DNA of 40,073 nt, from contig NC_068992.1 of the NCBI RefSeq assembly GCF_001194135.2, positions 53,583,799 to 53,623,871 on the forward strand. Reading direction: 5' to 3'. Each line of letters starts with the position of its first letter. The stretch's first letter is position 1. This document shows, piece by piece, positions 10,533 to 22,345 of this stretch. The translations under genes were made by a program, and so were the position numbers. The notes below the pieces were generated by a model that saw only the letters and a program-made list of their open reading frames with translations, was not told the DNA's origin and searched no databases. The DNA comes from Octopus bimaculoides. Its lineage: Eukaryota.

Positions 10533-11170
10533 CTGTGAGAAAACTATTTCGTAACCTCATACTTTGTATCTTGGGGAAGACGATTGCTATTTTGCATTTA
10601 AGCATTTTACTGGAGGAAAATATTAGTTATAAATCTCTCCAGATTACATCACTGGTTTGATTCTGTAACATTTTTACCCTTATGCAATCGATTGAGGGCA
10701 ACTCAATGGTAGCTCTAATACTTTACATCTTGGGGATAAAACAAAGTAATCTGGCTGTAACTGCAACAAGTCTAATTAGGACAAGTCGTTGTGCCACGGT
10801 ACCCTCCAACTCGAGGGATTATCTGAATTTAGCACAGTAGGTTAACAAAACACGTAATATTTTCAAAGCATTATGACGGCTTAGAATGGTATGGATTACT
10901 AAGCTAGTTAGTTGCTATTTACAGATGTGCGAACTTTGTTATATCAGCGATAAGTGGCTTCTGCATGAACACCGGGCGCGGCTACTACTAAACGATATGA
11001 ACTAGCAACCATTTGAATGCATCTAGACAAGATCTTCACACGGCAGTCTGCAAATTTATAACTCTATACTTCTGTGTGTATTTATGTAAATACATATAAC
11101 TATACATACGTTTATAAGTGTATGGATAAATATGCATTCATATAAATGCATATATATATATATATATATA

Positions 11171-11471
11171 NNNNNNNNNNNNNNNNNNNNNNNNNNNNNN
11201 NNNNNNNNNNNNNNNNNNNNNNNNNNNNNNNNNNNNNNNNNNNNNNNNNNNNNNNNNNNNNNNNNNNNNNNNNNNNNNNNNNNNNNNNNNNNNNNNNNNN
11301 NNNNNNNNNNNNNNNNNNNNNNNNNNNNNNNNNNNNNNNNNNNNNNNNNNNNNNNNNNNNNNNNNNNNNNNNNNNNNNNNNNNNNNNNNNNNNNNNNNNN
11401 NNNNNNNNNNNNNNNNNNNNNNNNNNNNNNNNNNNNNNNNNNNNNNNNNNNNNNNNNNNNNNNNNNNNNNN
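11171..11471. other. Assembly gap
   Basis: Run of N. Confidence 1.
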
Positions 11472-11522
<51 letters not shown>

Positions 11523-11984
11523 AATATACATATATATAAATATACATATATATATGTGTGTGTGTGGGTTTTCAATCGGTGCACACATGATAAGTATATG
11601 CGTAGTAATTCTTAATCAATTCGATATACACATTGTTTCGTTGTTTCTTTCTCCAATTCGCCAAATAATGCTATTACAGTATTACAAGTGTGTGCTACCA
11701 AGTCAACACTTACAACAACCAAAACTACTATTACCAATGTAGTAACTCTGACACAGTACTATTTGCCAACATCAATTGCACAGACTATTTTATCATTGCT
11801 CTCCCTTTTCTGGTGCATCACACTGTATGTTTTCTTTCAATATGCTGACCCCGTAGCAGTTAGAAAATTACGGAACAATAAAGTAAGTTTTAATCAAGTT
11901 ATCTAGCACTTTATGCCAGGAGGCAGCTATAGCATCAGCTTCACCCGTTCTACTTTGGATTTCATGCCAAAGAATTACGAATAT

Positions 11985-12858
11985 ATAGAAAGAAAGGGAG
12001 AAACAAATGTAATAAAATAGAACGGAAGAAAGAAAAGAAAAGAAGAAAAAAAGGATTGTGTAAAGGAGTAGAATGAAGAATTAGAAAGAAGATGAATGAA
12101 AGAAGAAAAGAAGAAATGAAGCATGAAGAATATACTGATGAATGAGGATGAAAAGTAGGAATGAATGAAGGTCTGAATGAATGATAGAGTAGAGTGAGTG
12201 AATGAATGAGGGAGAAGAATGAAGAATGAAGATTGGGAAAGAGGTATGTATAATTAAATGAGGCATGGAGAGTATCAAAAAGAAGAGGGAAGAAGTGAAT
12301 GAATGAATGAATGAGAGATGGAGAAGAAACGAAAGGGTGATTACATTGGGAATGTGTAGAGATGAAGGATGGAGAAGAAGCATAAGAAGGAGTGAATGAA
12401 TGAGGAAGAAGAATGGAGAAGAAGTATAAGAAGGAGTGAATGACGCATGGGGTATAAGAAAATGAATAAGGGAAACTCATATGAATAAATGATTTGATGA
12501 CGGATGGAGAAGCGACAGCGTGAATGGATGAAAGAGAAGAAAAGCGAATGAATCAATGAATGAATATGGGAATAAAAGCCGAAGAAGAAGCGTGTGAATG
12601 AATTAATGGGGAATGATAATGAAAAAATGGGGAAGAAGAATGAATTAGTGAATAAAAGAAGTGGAAGGAGTATAAGAAGGAATGAATGGAGTAATAGTAT
12701 GCGTGAATGAGAAATAGTGAATGAATGAATAATGAAAGAGAAGAATGAAAGAAAGAAGAATGGAAAAGTAACTGATGAAGAACGTTTTAAAAGAAGAAAG
12801 AAATAAGGGTAAGAAGAAAGAAAGAAAGAAAGAAAGAAAGAAGATGATGATGATGATG
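11985..12858 (+). repeat. Purine-rich low-complexity tract, degenerate (GAAT)n/(GAA)n
   Basis: About 870 bp of A/G with T, very few C; ends in (GAAA)n(GAT)n. Confidence 0.9.
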
Positions 12859-12860
12859 GA

Positions 12861-13067
12861 GAATTTTGGCATAAGGCCAGCAGTTTCGAAGGAAGGGGAA
12901 AGTCGATTAAATCGGTCAGAGTTCTCAACTGTTATTTCTTTTATCGACCCTAGAATGGGAATAAGGCGAAGCCGACCTCGGTAGATTTCGAACTCAGAAC
13001 TTACACTGGGCTAAAATGCCGCTGAGCATTTTTTCGCCGTTAAACGATTCTACTAGCTCGCCGCCTT
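12861..13067 (-). mobile_element. SINE family A
   Basis: aattttggcataaggccagc tail, gatttcgaactcagaac B-box, head aacgattctactagctcgccgcctt. Confidence 0.85.
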
Positions 13068-13301
13068 AATAATAAAAATAATAAGAATAACAATAACAAC
13101 CTTTTCTACTCTATGCACAAGGCCCGAAATTTTGGAGTGGGGAGACCAGACGATTAGATCGACCGCAGTATGCCACTGGTACTTAATTTATCGACCCCGA
13201 AGGATGAAAGGCAAAGTCGACCTCGGCGGAATTTGAACACAGAACGTAGCGGCAGACGAAATACCGCTAAGCATTTCGCCCAGAATGCTAACGATTCAGC
13301 C
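13068..13301 (-). mobile_element. SINE family A, with (ATT)-like tail
   Basis: ggtacttaatttatcgaccccgaaggatgaaaggcaaagtcgacctcggcggaatttgaac...gaaataccgctaagcatttcgccc; close to the family consensus. Confidence 0.9.
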
Positions 13302-13332
<31 letters not shown>

Positions 13333-13469
13333 TAACAACAACAACAACAACGGCTTTCTTTTCCCGATGTTTTTCTCCAAGAATTCATGTTGATATCCAG
13401 GCACATTGCTTAAAGAATTATCGATTTTTCCAACCTAAACCTGACATTTACGCGTTAGCTATCTATCAC

Positions 13470-13790
13470 TAATACTACTACTACGACTACTACCACTACT
13501 GCTGCTGCTACTACTATTACTACTACTACGACTACTACTACTACTACGACTACCACCACCAATAAGACTTCTGCTGCTAACGTCATTGCTGTTGTTGCTG
13601 CTATAGTTGATAATGTTAGTGCTGTTGATGGCGGGGTTGTTAGAGGAGATGGTGATAGGGGTTGTGGTGGCGGTGCTGCTGCTGCTGGTAATTGGGGTTC
13701 CTACTGTTGCTGCTGCTGCTGCTGCTTATGTTGCTGCTGCTGCGGCTACTGATGTTGTTATTGCTGCTGTTGATGCCGCTGCTACGAATA
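13470..13790. repeat. Degenerate trinucleotide tract (CTA)n then (GCT/GTT)n
   Basis: Direct reading; source of the poly-L/A/V pseudo-ORFs. Confidence 0.9.
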
Positions 13791-13859
13791 CTAGTAAAAT
13801 GTCAGATTACTAAAGAAAATTACAATTTATTGTACGGTTTATTACGTACTCCAACACAC

Positions 13860-14408
<549 letters not shown>

Positions 14409-15362
14409 TACGTTCTTTTTATAGATTTGTTGTATTGAAATAATACTATTCTGTTCTACTTTTATTTGTTCGAGTGTTACTTTTCTTAGTTTCGTATGAG
14501 CTCCTACCTCTATTTACTTTCTTGGGGTCGGGGAGATGTTAAGAAGAAATTTCCTTAATCTATCACTAAAGATTTTACATCCTCATACTCTCAAGTATTT
14601 TACATAAACGTCCATATCGCTAATGACAGCTAGATCGCCTCCTTTTACACCATTGACACAAATATACCACGCATATTCTTACATCCAAACAAAAAAAAAC
14701 GTCTACACTGCATCTCAACTATCAGTGGTAACGTATCTAATATGATGTTCATTTAGATTCTCTCGCACCAGCGAAGTACTAAGTGAAGCTAAAGAGATCA
14801 ACAGTGTGAGACAAAGACTAATCAACAATATATATTGTAATAGACAAAACAGAAAAATACAATACGAACACAAAGAGAACAATATTAGAATAATAGTTGA
14901 ATGCATTTTTAGGTGTTTTAAGGAAACTAGTAGGAATCCGACGAAAGTGAAAAAAAAAAAGACTCTTAATAATTTTATAAAGAGAACGCGTAAAATCCTT
15001 TATGATTATTAACATACATCCCCCATTATGCTTCTTTTATAGTCACTCGTTTGTAAAGTAGCTTATAGTGCTATCTTAAGAATTTCGAAATTGTAGCCGA
15101 GGTACACTGCCCCAATATATTATATACAACATATATTTGATTGTATTTTTTTCATATAAAATATATATAGGGATTCCATTCTGTATAAAATATATGGTTG
15201 CTCTCTACAGTGATCATGCTACATAGGTTTTATTATGAAATTATCAAATTCAAAACCTCTGAACTATATGGTGACCAGAACATACAAAGCGCCGTAGATA
15301 ACATTCGATTATAAAACGAGATGTCAGGAAAAAGTTTCCGATCATTTGGCTTCTGGAATTAT

Positions 15363-15443
15363 TTATTATTTCACAGGTAAGGGTACCCTTACAGGTAAGA
15401 ATACACGGGTTATGAATTATTATCTCACAGGTAAGGGTACCCT
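15363..15443 (+). repeat. 27-bp direct repeat (period 54) containing three CAG|GTAAG motifs
   Basis: ttattatttcacaggtaagggtaccct (15363-15389) vs ttattatctcacaggtaagggtaccct (15417-15443), 26/27 identical; a third acaggtaag at 15391-15399. Confidence 0.9.
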
Positions 15444-15719
15444 AAATGTGATTCTAGATGGAATCGGCGTGAAAATGTGACAAGGCGGAGCCTGTCAGTT
15501 TCACTTACAAAATATGAATCGACTCGAAGATATAAAAAGATGGCACTTGTGCAAAGTGACATGCCGCTGAATTGGTACCGAGACGTAGTGCTGGAAAGGC
15601 GAACTCCAAAACATTCGGCTATACTGTGCCTACCATTATCAGCTGAAAACATTTAAATCTGATGAATAAATGAAACGATTTTTCATACACTGACTATATA
15701 TATATATATATATATATAT

Positions 15720-15737
15720 NNNNNNNNNNNNNNNNNN
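15720..15737. other. Assembly gap
   Basis: Run of N. Confidence 1.
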
Positions 15738-15778
<41 letters not shown>

Positions 15779-15916
15779 CTGTTCTCTCTGTGCGTATATA
15801 TATATATAGAGAATAGGTTAAATCATTACCAAAAGCCTGAAACAATAGACAACAAAAAGCATTAAACCACATCACAAATTAACACTATATATTAATGTAT
15901 TAATATATCAATATAT

Positions 15917-16118
15917 TGATTTCAAATTTTGGCAGAAAGCCAGCAATTTCTGGGTAGGGGATAAATCGATTACACTGACCCCAGTGCGCAACTAGTGCTT
16001 ATATTATCGGTCTCGACAAAGTGGACCTCAGCAGAATCTGAATTCAAGAGGTATGGCCAGACAACATGCCGCCAGGCATTTTGCTCGGCGTGCTAATGTT
16101 TCTGCCAGCTCGCCGCCT
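15917..16118 (-). mobile_element. SINE family A flanked by a 16-bp target-site duplication
   Basis: Head ggcgtgctaatgtttctgccagctcgccgcctt, tail ttcaaattttggcagaaagccagc; flanks taatatatcaatatat (15901-15916) and taatacatcaatatat (16119-16134) match 15/16. Confidence 0.85.
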
Positions 16119-16275
16119 TAATACATCAATATATAAAAATGAGTGCGGTTACCTAGTGGATAGAGTGGAGTACTTATGATGTCATTTGGAATTTGCAGTC
16201 TTTAGTTCAGCCACTAATGGTCATTACGTTTCAGTAATTCAGTTACAAATGTTGGAAGTTCTAAACTTAATGACT

Positions 16276-16455
16276 GTAATTTCGGGGGAGACTTAAGTCG
16301 ATTACATCAACCCCCATTTCTCAATTCGAACTTATTTTATCCTGCCCGAAAGGATAAAAGGTAAAGTACACCTCAGCGGAATTTGAACTCAGAACGTAAA
16401 GACGGGCGAAATGCCGATAAGCATTTGGCTCGGTGTGCTAACAATTAAACCAGCT
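16276..16455 (-). mobile_element. SINE family A, diverged
   Basis: aagtcgattacatcaacccc...cccgaaaggataaaagg...cctcagcggaatttgaactcagaacgtaaagacgggcgaaatgccg. Confidence 0.85.
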
Positions 16456-17024
16456 TGGTGCTTTATAACTATGGCTATATTGTGCTTGTAATTATGACAC
16501 GGTCCCGCCATTTTAATGATGGCGCAATGCACTGCACAATACAAGAAAATGTAACTAAACGGGAAAAGAACAGTGGACAGCACTTCTCGACGGAATTCCT
16601 TACGAAAATAAACGATTAATGACAGAACCGATACACGTATCATGTTACAAAGTTAAGATAAACAAATGATGGTTGAACTGACAAAAAAAAAAGAAATATA
16701 TATATATTCGCTTGCCGATATTGCGGCAGTAACAACTATACTGGTAACATTGGCCCTGGTTACTGCTCGTAGAAAAGAGAACAAGACACACATTATCCTG
16801 AGGAAGTATCTTCAACACATCTATGATATGGTTAGGAATTTAGCTATGGGAAACTGATAAAAAAAAAATATTACAGACGCTATTAGACAAGGTATAGACA
16901 CATAACATATACGCACACGGAAACAAAACACACACACACACACACGTAAAGAAATGTTTAACATTAAAACTGTTTTATTTTAACTTCATATGCGAAGTGC
17001 ACCAGGAAATTTTTGTTTGATTTC

Positions 17025-17063
17025 CTTTGTGCCTCGATGTCAAAAAAAGATTGAAAACCACTG
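17025..17063. mobile_element. Solitary terminus of a hAT-type MITE
   Basis: gtgcctcgatgtcaaaaaaagattgaaaaccactg; reverse complement begins cagtggttttcaatc, like hAT/Charlie TIRs. The other end was not found. Confidence 0.5.
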
Positions 17064-17451
17064 ATGTAGGGAATTTAGTATAGAAAAGTTAAATGTTGAT
17101 GCCGACAAAATTGACATATACGAGAAAGAATGGAATTAAGAATGGGTAACTGGCTGCAATCAAATATGTCTCTAGATACCTTCGTACATTAATCCATATA
17201 ACCGAGGAAAAATTTTAGATATAAAACGAGCTTCTATGTATATCTTTGAAATACTATTTTTCTTTTATCTCAGCGTAATTGCCTTTTTTTTTTAGAAAGG
17301 GTGGCTTGTTTACAACTCTCAATAGCCGATACCGCTTTACAATGCACTTTCATATACGGTCTCCGTGTCTGTATCAAAAGAGAGTTGGAATATATAAGCG
17401 TACAGACACAAAAAGTAATTTCCACCCTCTCTCTCTCTCTCTCTCTCTCTC

Positions 17452-18206
17452 NNNNNNNNNNNNNNNNNNNNNNNNNNNNNNNNNNNNNNNNNNNNNNNNN
17501 NNNNNNNNNNNNNNNNNNNNNNNNNNNNNNNNNNNNNNNNNNNNNNNNNNNNNNNNNNNNNNNNNNNNNNNNNNNNNNNNNNNNNNNNNNNNNNNNNNNN
17601 NNNNNNNNNNNNNNNNNNNNNNNNNNNNNNNNNNNNNNNNNNNNNNNNNNNNNNNNNNNNNNNNNNNNNNNNNNNNNNNNNNNNNNNNNNNNNNNNNNNN
17701 NNNNNNNNNNNNNNNNNNNNNNNNNNNNNNNNNNNNNNNNNNNNNNNNNNNNNNNNNNNNNNNNNNNNNNNNNNNNNNNNNNNNNNNNNNNNNNNNNNNN
17801 NNNNNNNNNNNNNNNNNNNNNNNNNNNNNNNNNNNNNNNNNNNNNNNNNNNNNNNNNNNNNNNNNNNNNNNNNNNNNNNNNNNNNNNNNNNNNNNNNNNN
17901 NNNNNNNNNNNNNNNNNNNNNNNNNNNNNNNNNNNNNNNNNNNNNNNNNNNNNNNNNNNNNNNNNNNNNNNNNNNNNNNNNNNNNNNNNNNNNNNNNNNN
18001 NNNNNNNNNNNNNNNNNNNNNNNNNNNNNNNNNNNNNNNNNNNNNNNNNNNNNNNNNNNNNNNNNNNNNNNNNNNNNNNNNNNNNNNNNNNNNNNNNNNN
18101 NNNNNNNNNNNNNNNNNNNNNNNNNNNNNNNNNNNNNNNNNNNNNNNNNNNNNNNNNNNNNNNNNNNNNNNNNNNNNNNNNNNNNNNNNNNNNNNNNNNN
18201 NNNNNN
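17452..18206. other. Assembly gap
   Basis: Run of N. Confidence 1.
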
Positions 18207-19979
18207 ATATATATATATATATATATATACTTACGCATAAATACGTTTGTATATCTTTGTATTTGTCAGCGTGTTTAAATCTAAATTATTGTATTTCTTA
18301 CATATATATCTGCAAGCTGATATTTGTAATAAAACAGCGAACTAAATGTATTTGTCGGTCAGAGCTTGCCAGATGTATTCCTCTATTATCCGATACTCTC
18401 TACAAAATAACAATGCTTTATTTCCAATGAATAAAGTTTCGTTTGCTTGAAACGACTGTATTGTTGTCGATCGAGCCAATATTATAATATGTCAGCTACT
18501 CTATCAGTAGCTAAACGACGTAATCGAGAACTGGGTGTCCAAGCTGATTGTTTGCCGGATAACCAGTGGAAAGTGCTGAAATTTGTGTCTTATTACTAAC
18601 GATGAAACACAAATCTTGTTTGGCCAGTCCACTTGTGTTTGAATAAGTATTACATGGAGACAACACATACTAATGTAATAAAAGGTGGGGGCAGCTCCAC
18701 ATACGTCTTTTTATAATGGCTATCTCTAATGTTTGTATTCAGAAAGTTCATTAATATTCGGTTATTCTGCTTTTTATATTCATGTGAGGGGCTGCAAAAG
18801 TCAAGACCCCTTTGTCCGTTTCCATTGTACATATATTTGTGGCGTCACTCTGTAATGAAGATGGAAACGTTTTCGTACATGTTGGGTCTGTTATATCTAG
18901 TAAGTTAGAACGACCACCTAGAGGCTTCTCTCGTTTGCCAATAATGAAATAGATTCGAGTGAAACGATCGATTTCAACTGCTCTCCCTCCTATTTTGATC
19001 TTGCGCCAAAACAAATAAATATATAATTGATTCATACACAGATATGAATCTACAGATATTGTAACGGAATAGTGATAAAACTATAGTTGGGATGTCCATG
19101 TATGTGTAAGTAAGTATATACTTTACTCTTAAATAGCTTTAACCAGCTAGCAAAACTAGGGTACGGACTACTTCGGCGACACCCTCGCATCACATTCGTC
19201 ACATTTTCTTGTAACAAGGTCAACAGTCAATCCTATATCGATCTGTCTTATATCAGTCGATCGCATCAATTAATTAGGTTTTTAACACACGCGATCACAT
19301 GTACTTGTTATTATTGTTATTTAGCTGCAAATCGGCTTTCACTGAGTAGAAATATAATCAGAAACTTCCCAATCATGACTGACCCAAATATCATTTTTAC
19401 TCGGAAAAGGTTATGTAATGCATCCGTTTTAACACAATATGCGTGACATATTTAATAAGACCTGCGATATCCTGGAAGTGTATTGGCCTGCTTATTCTGG
19501 ATTATGTCGCTTTACGTAGGACACAATGACGAACACTTGCCATATTTCCTTAACTAAGCAATGGGTGACTCATTGTTCTATCAGGATACCAGTCAAAACT
19601 AAAATATCCTAGAATCGCTGCTTCTCATGGAGGTAGTCTGGCAAGTAATACGAAGAAAATTCACTTGTGATTTTCCGGTATAATCGATCATCTAATGAAA
19701 CAGAGTAGATTGGTGGACACCAAAATCAATCGATCAGATCACATTCAATATTTAGAGGTGCTCTGTGGGGGAGTGGGTTATGCGCGCGCATTTGTGTGCG
19801 CGTCATGTGTGCTTTTGTGTCTGAATGCATATGTGTATGGTCATGGTACTGTGCTACGAAATAGAATAAGTATGTCGCTGTCCTATCGGACGCTTTCAGC
19901 ATAACTTAACTCACTCCATCTTCCTTATTAAACTTCGACTTCTCGCCGATAAAGAGATATATTCTTTAGCTGATTAAAG

Positions 19980-20058
19980 GAATGCCAACGTACGATGAAG
20001 ATGATGATTCACAAACACCTAGTATCAGACAATGGCATTGCCTCGGCAGACATTTGTG
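19980..20058 (+). CDS. Candidate plus-strand exon
   Basis: Acceptors attctttag (19969) or attaaag (19979); donors tgtg|gtaatc (20059) or attg|gtaagg (20070); reads ECQRTMKMMIHKHLVSDNGIASADIC. Confidence 0.25.
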
Positions 20059-20240
20059 GTAATCAATTGGTAAGGCAGTTCATTTACTACAATGTGAGAT
20101 TAAAGACATTCAGATTCTTTGCTGGTGAATTATGCATTAGATATTGAAATCAAACACGCGAACAAAAGTAATTTAAAGATGAAGGTATAAACAAAAACTT
20201 CTATCCAGTTCACTTCTGTTGGTCTTTTTGCTTGTAGTAG

Positions 20241-20320
20241 GGAATAAGAAGAATGAATTTGTTAAAACAAGAAAAAAAAAATCAGTAAATCAACCATCGC
20301 AGGAACAACAACAAACACGT
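20241..20320 (+). CDS. Candidate plus-strand exon
   Basis: Acceptor tctttttgcttgtagtag (NAGNAG), donor acacgt|gtaagt; reads (G)NKKNEFVKTRKKKSVNQPSQEQQQTR; the frame stays open to a stop at 20404. Confidence 0.3.
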
Positions 20321-20734
20321 GTAAGTTTGGACGATAATGAAAATCACAAGCAAAAATTGGAGGAAGCCAGGAATGAATACCGATATGGATATGTCCTCAT
20401 GTAGACGTGTATATTTATATACATATACATGCACAGTTAGGGAAAGTTAAGTTAAAGCATAAAGTTAAGGCATAAAGTGGAAAATAAGTTGTCAGTGAAA
20501 ATATACAGAGCGAAGGCTAAGAAAAAAGTCGGGAATATTGTTTTATGGATGTAAGACGGTAAGAAGACTGTTGTCCGAGGTGCTAGTGTTGTACGAAGTT
20601 GAATAATCAAATATTTAGTTAGAAGAAGAGTGCTTAGGAATCCTATGACTAATGTCAGCCGTAAAATTGATAAAGACGTTTGGACTGTTGGTATGGCAAC
20701 ACTTTCTGTATATTACCAAATTATTTCATTTCGT

Positions 20735-20911
20735 TCGTCACCAGATCGATCCCAGAATCTAATCGGTTTGTGCCAGCCGCGAGGCCAAACATCCCCGAAA
20801 GTTTCATCCGAATCCACCCAGCGGCTTTTGAGATATCTTGTCCACGGACAAACAAACAAACACCACCGAAACAATACCCCCGCACCGCCTTTGCCAAGGC
20901 GGAGGTAATAA
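20735..20911 (-). mobile_element. Helentron-associated non-autonomous element (HINE/DINE-1-like)
   Basis: On the minus strand: ttattacctccgccttggcaaaggcgg terminal palindrome (20885-20902), then (GTTT)n, then gacaagatatctcaaaagccgctgggtggattcggatgaaactttc, the typical HINE layout. Left boundary approximate. Confidence 0.7.
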
Positions 20912-21193
20912 CATATATGAGCACTATGATATGAATGCATTGACACGTCAGTATGTTAGTCCGGCTCTAATTAACTGGGCTTTTCCTAGTATTTCCTGAC
21001 AGTTTGTGTTGTGATGATATTTAAGCCTGAACTATTGTTGAATCGAGAACCATAAACTACAGGAGCTCGTCCGATAAATGCATTATCCAAGAATGAACCT
21101 TAAAGTAGTTAATGTATTACTCTTCTATTCATTAAATTCTGTGTGTATGTTTGCGCGTGTATTTACGTGTCTGTGTGTGAGACAAGGAAAAGG

Positions 21194-21768
21194 GGATCTA
21201 TTTTAAAACGGGGGCCACATTTTTCATTAATGTTTTACGTAGTGTTTTTGGTACGGAAAGACTTTCAAACTTCGTATACTTATCTATTTTGTGTTATAGA
21301 AAAGAAAAATATTTTTGTATTCGAATTTATTTCATGTAAAAAATTGTCTTATTTCGATAATTTCAACCAATCACTGACAAGTATTCAGTTGTTTACATTT
21401 ACTCCTTTGGCTGATTAAGCGATGTAAAGCGTATATAATCTCCATACCTTCGTTTTATTTGCTTTTTTCATTTTAAATTTGCTTTAACCCTAACCCTAAC
21501 CCTAACCCTAGGGTTAGGCTTAGGGTTAATTGTTTCAGAATCGTTTGTTTATGTAGTCGGCACTTAATGTATATCGGCTGAATGGACGTCAGTGATTGGT
21601 TGAAATTACAGAAATACGACAACTTTAACATGGAATAACTTATGGATTTCTTTTTTTTTAAGAAGACTAAGAGAAAAAGATGTTTTATATGACACATTGT
21701 ACCAGTGTTCCAAGTTTCAAAGTGTTTCGTTAATGAAAAATGTGGCCCCCGTTTTAAAAAAAAGATCC
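21194..21768. mobile_element. Fold-back MITE with GG termini and an 8-bp TSD (Merlin-like), with telomere-like core
   Basis: TIRs start ggatct and share a perfect 30-bp core ttttaaaacgggggccacatttttcattaa; perfect 21-bp inner inverted repeat taatttcaaccaatcactgac (21358-21378 and 21588-21608); flanking direct repeat ggaaaagg at 21186-21193 and 21769-21776. Confidence 0.88.
21485..21529. repeat. Inverted telomere-like repeat (TAACCC)4 followed by TAGGGTTAGGCTTAGGGTTAA
   Basis: Direct reading of the sequence; symmetry centre ccctaggg at 21506-21513. Confidence 0.9.
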
Positions 21769-22296
21769 GGAAAAGGTTCACCCTTCAAATTTTGACCATG
21801 CACGATTCATCTGTCTATCAAAGTGACAGTCAAGTCATTCTTTGAGCTTAGTGAAATGTATTCAGGGATTACTCAATTTAACGTATACTTATACATAAAA
21901 ATAAACATTTTGTGTGTGTATGTGTGTGTCTGTCTCTCTGATTGTTTATATGTGTGTGTCTGAAATTAAATCGTTATTTAAAAACGCCCAAAACTTGTAA
22001 CGTGCTCTTTTCTTTTATTTCTTGATGTCTTACAATCTTCAGCGCATTTCCGCCACCCGGCCCCTAACACACTTCAACTGCAGTTGTCGAGAAGTATCTA
22101 TCGGCATTTTTTTAATTCAATACAGATTTTCACTTCCTATATTTCTATATCCTCCTGCTCCTTTTGCGCCTTAGTCTCTTCGCTATATACATATGTGTGT
22201 GTGTGTATTTGTGTGATTTTGTGTATATATGCTTGTGTATACATACATACACACGTATATGTTTAGCCATCAAAATATAAACAACATTGTGTGTGA

Positions 22297-22345
<49 letters not shown>

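Noticed and set aside
11962-12928. 172-195 aa hydrophobic F/S/L/I ORFs that look like membrane proteins
   Set aside because: Antisense of the purine-rich low-complexity tract.
13470-13790. Fold-back between C-rich and G-rich triplet tracts
   Set aside because: Only compositional complementarity; no aligned inverted arms.
21485-21529. Chromosome end-to-end fusion scar
   Set aside because: Orientation is (CCCTAA)n then (TTAGGG)n, opposite to a fusion signature, and it lies inside a MITE with TSDs.
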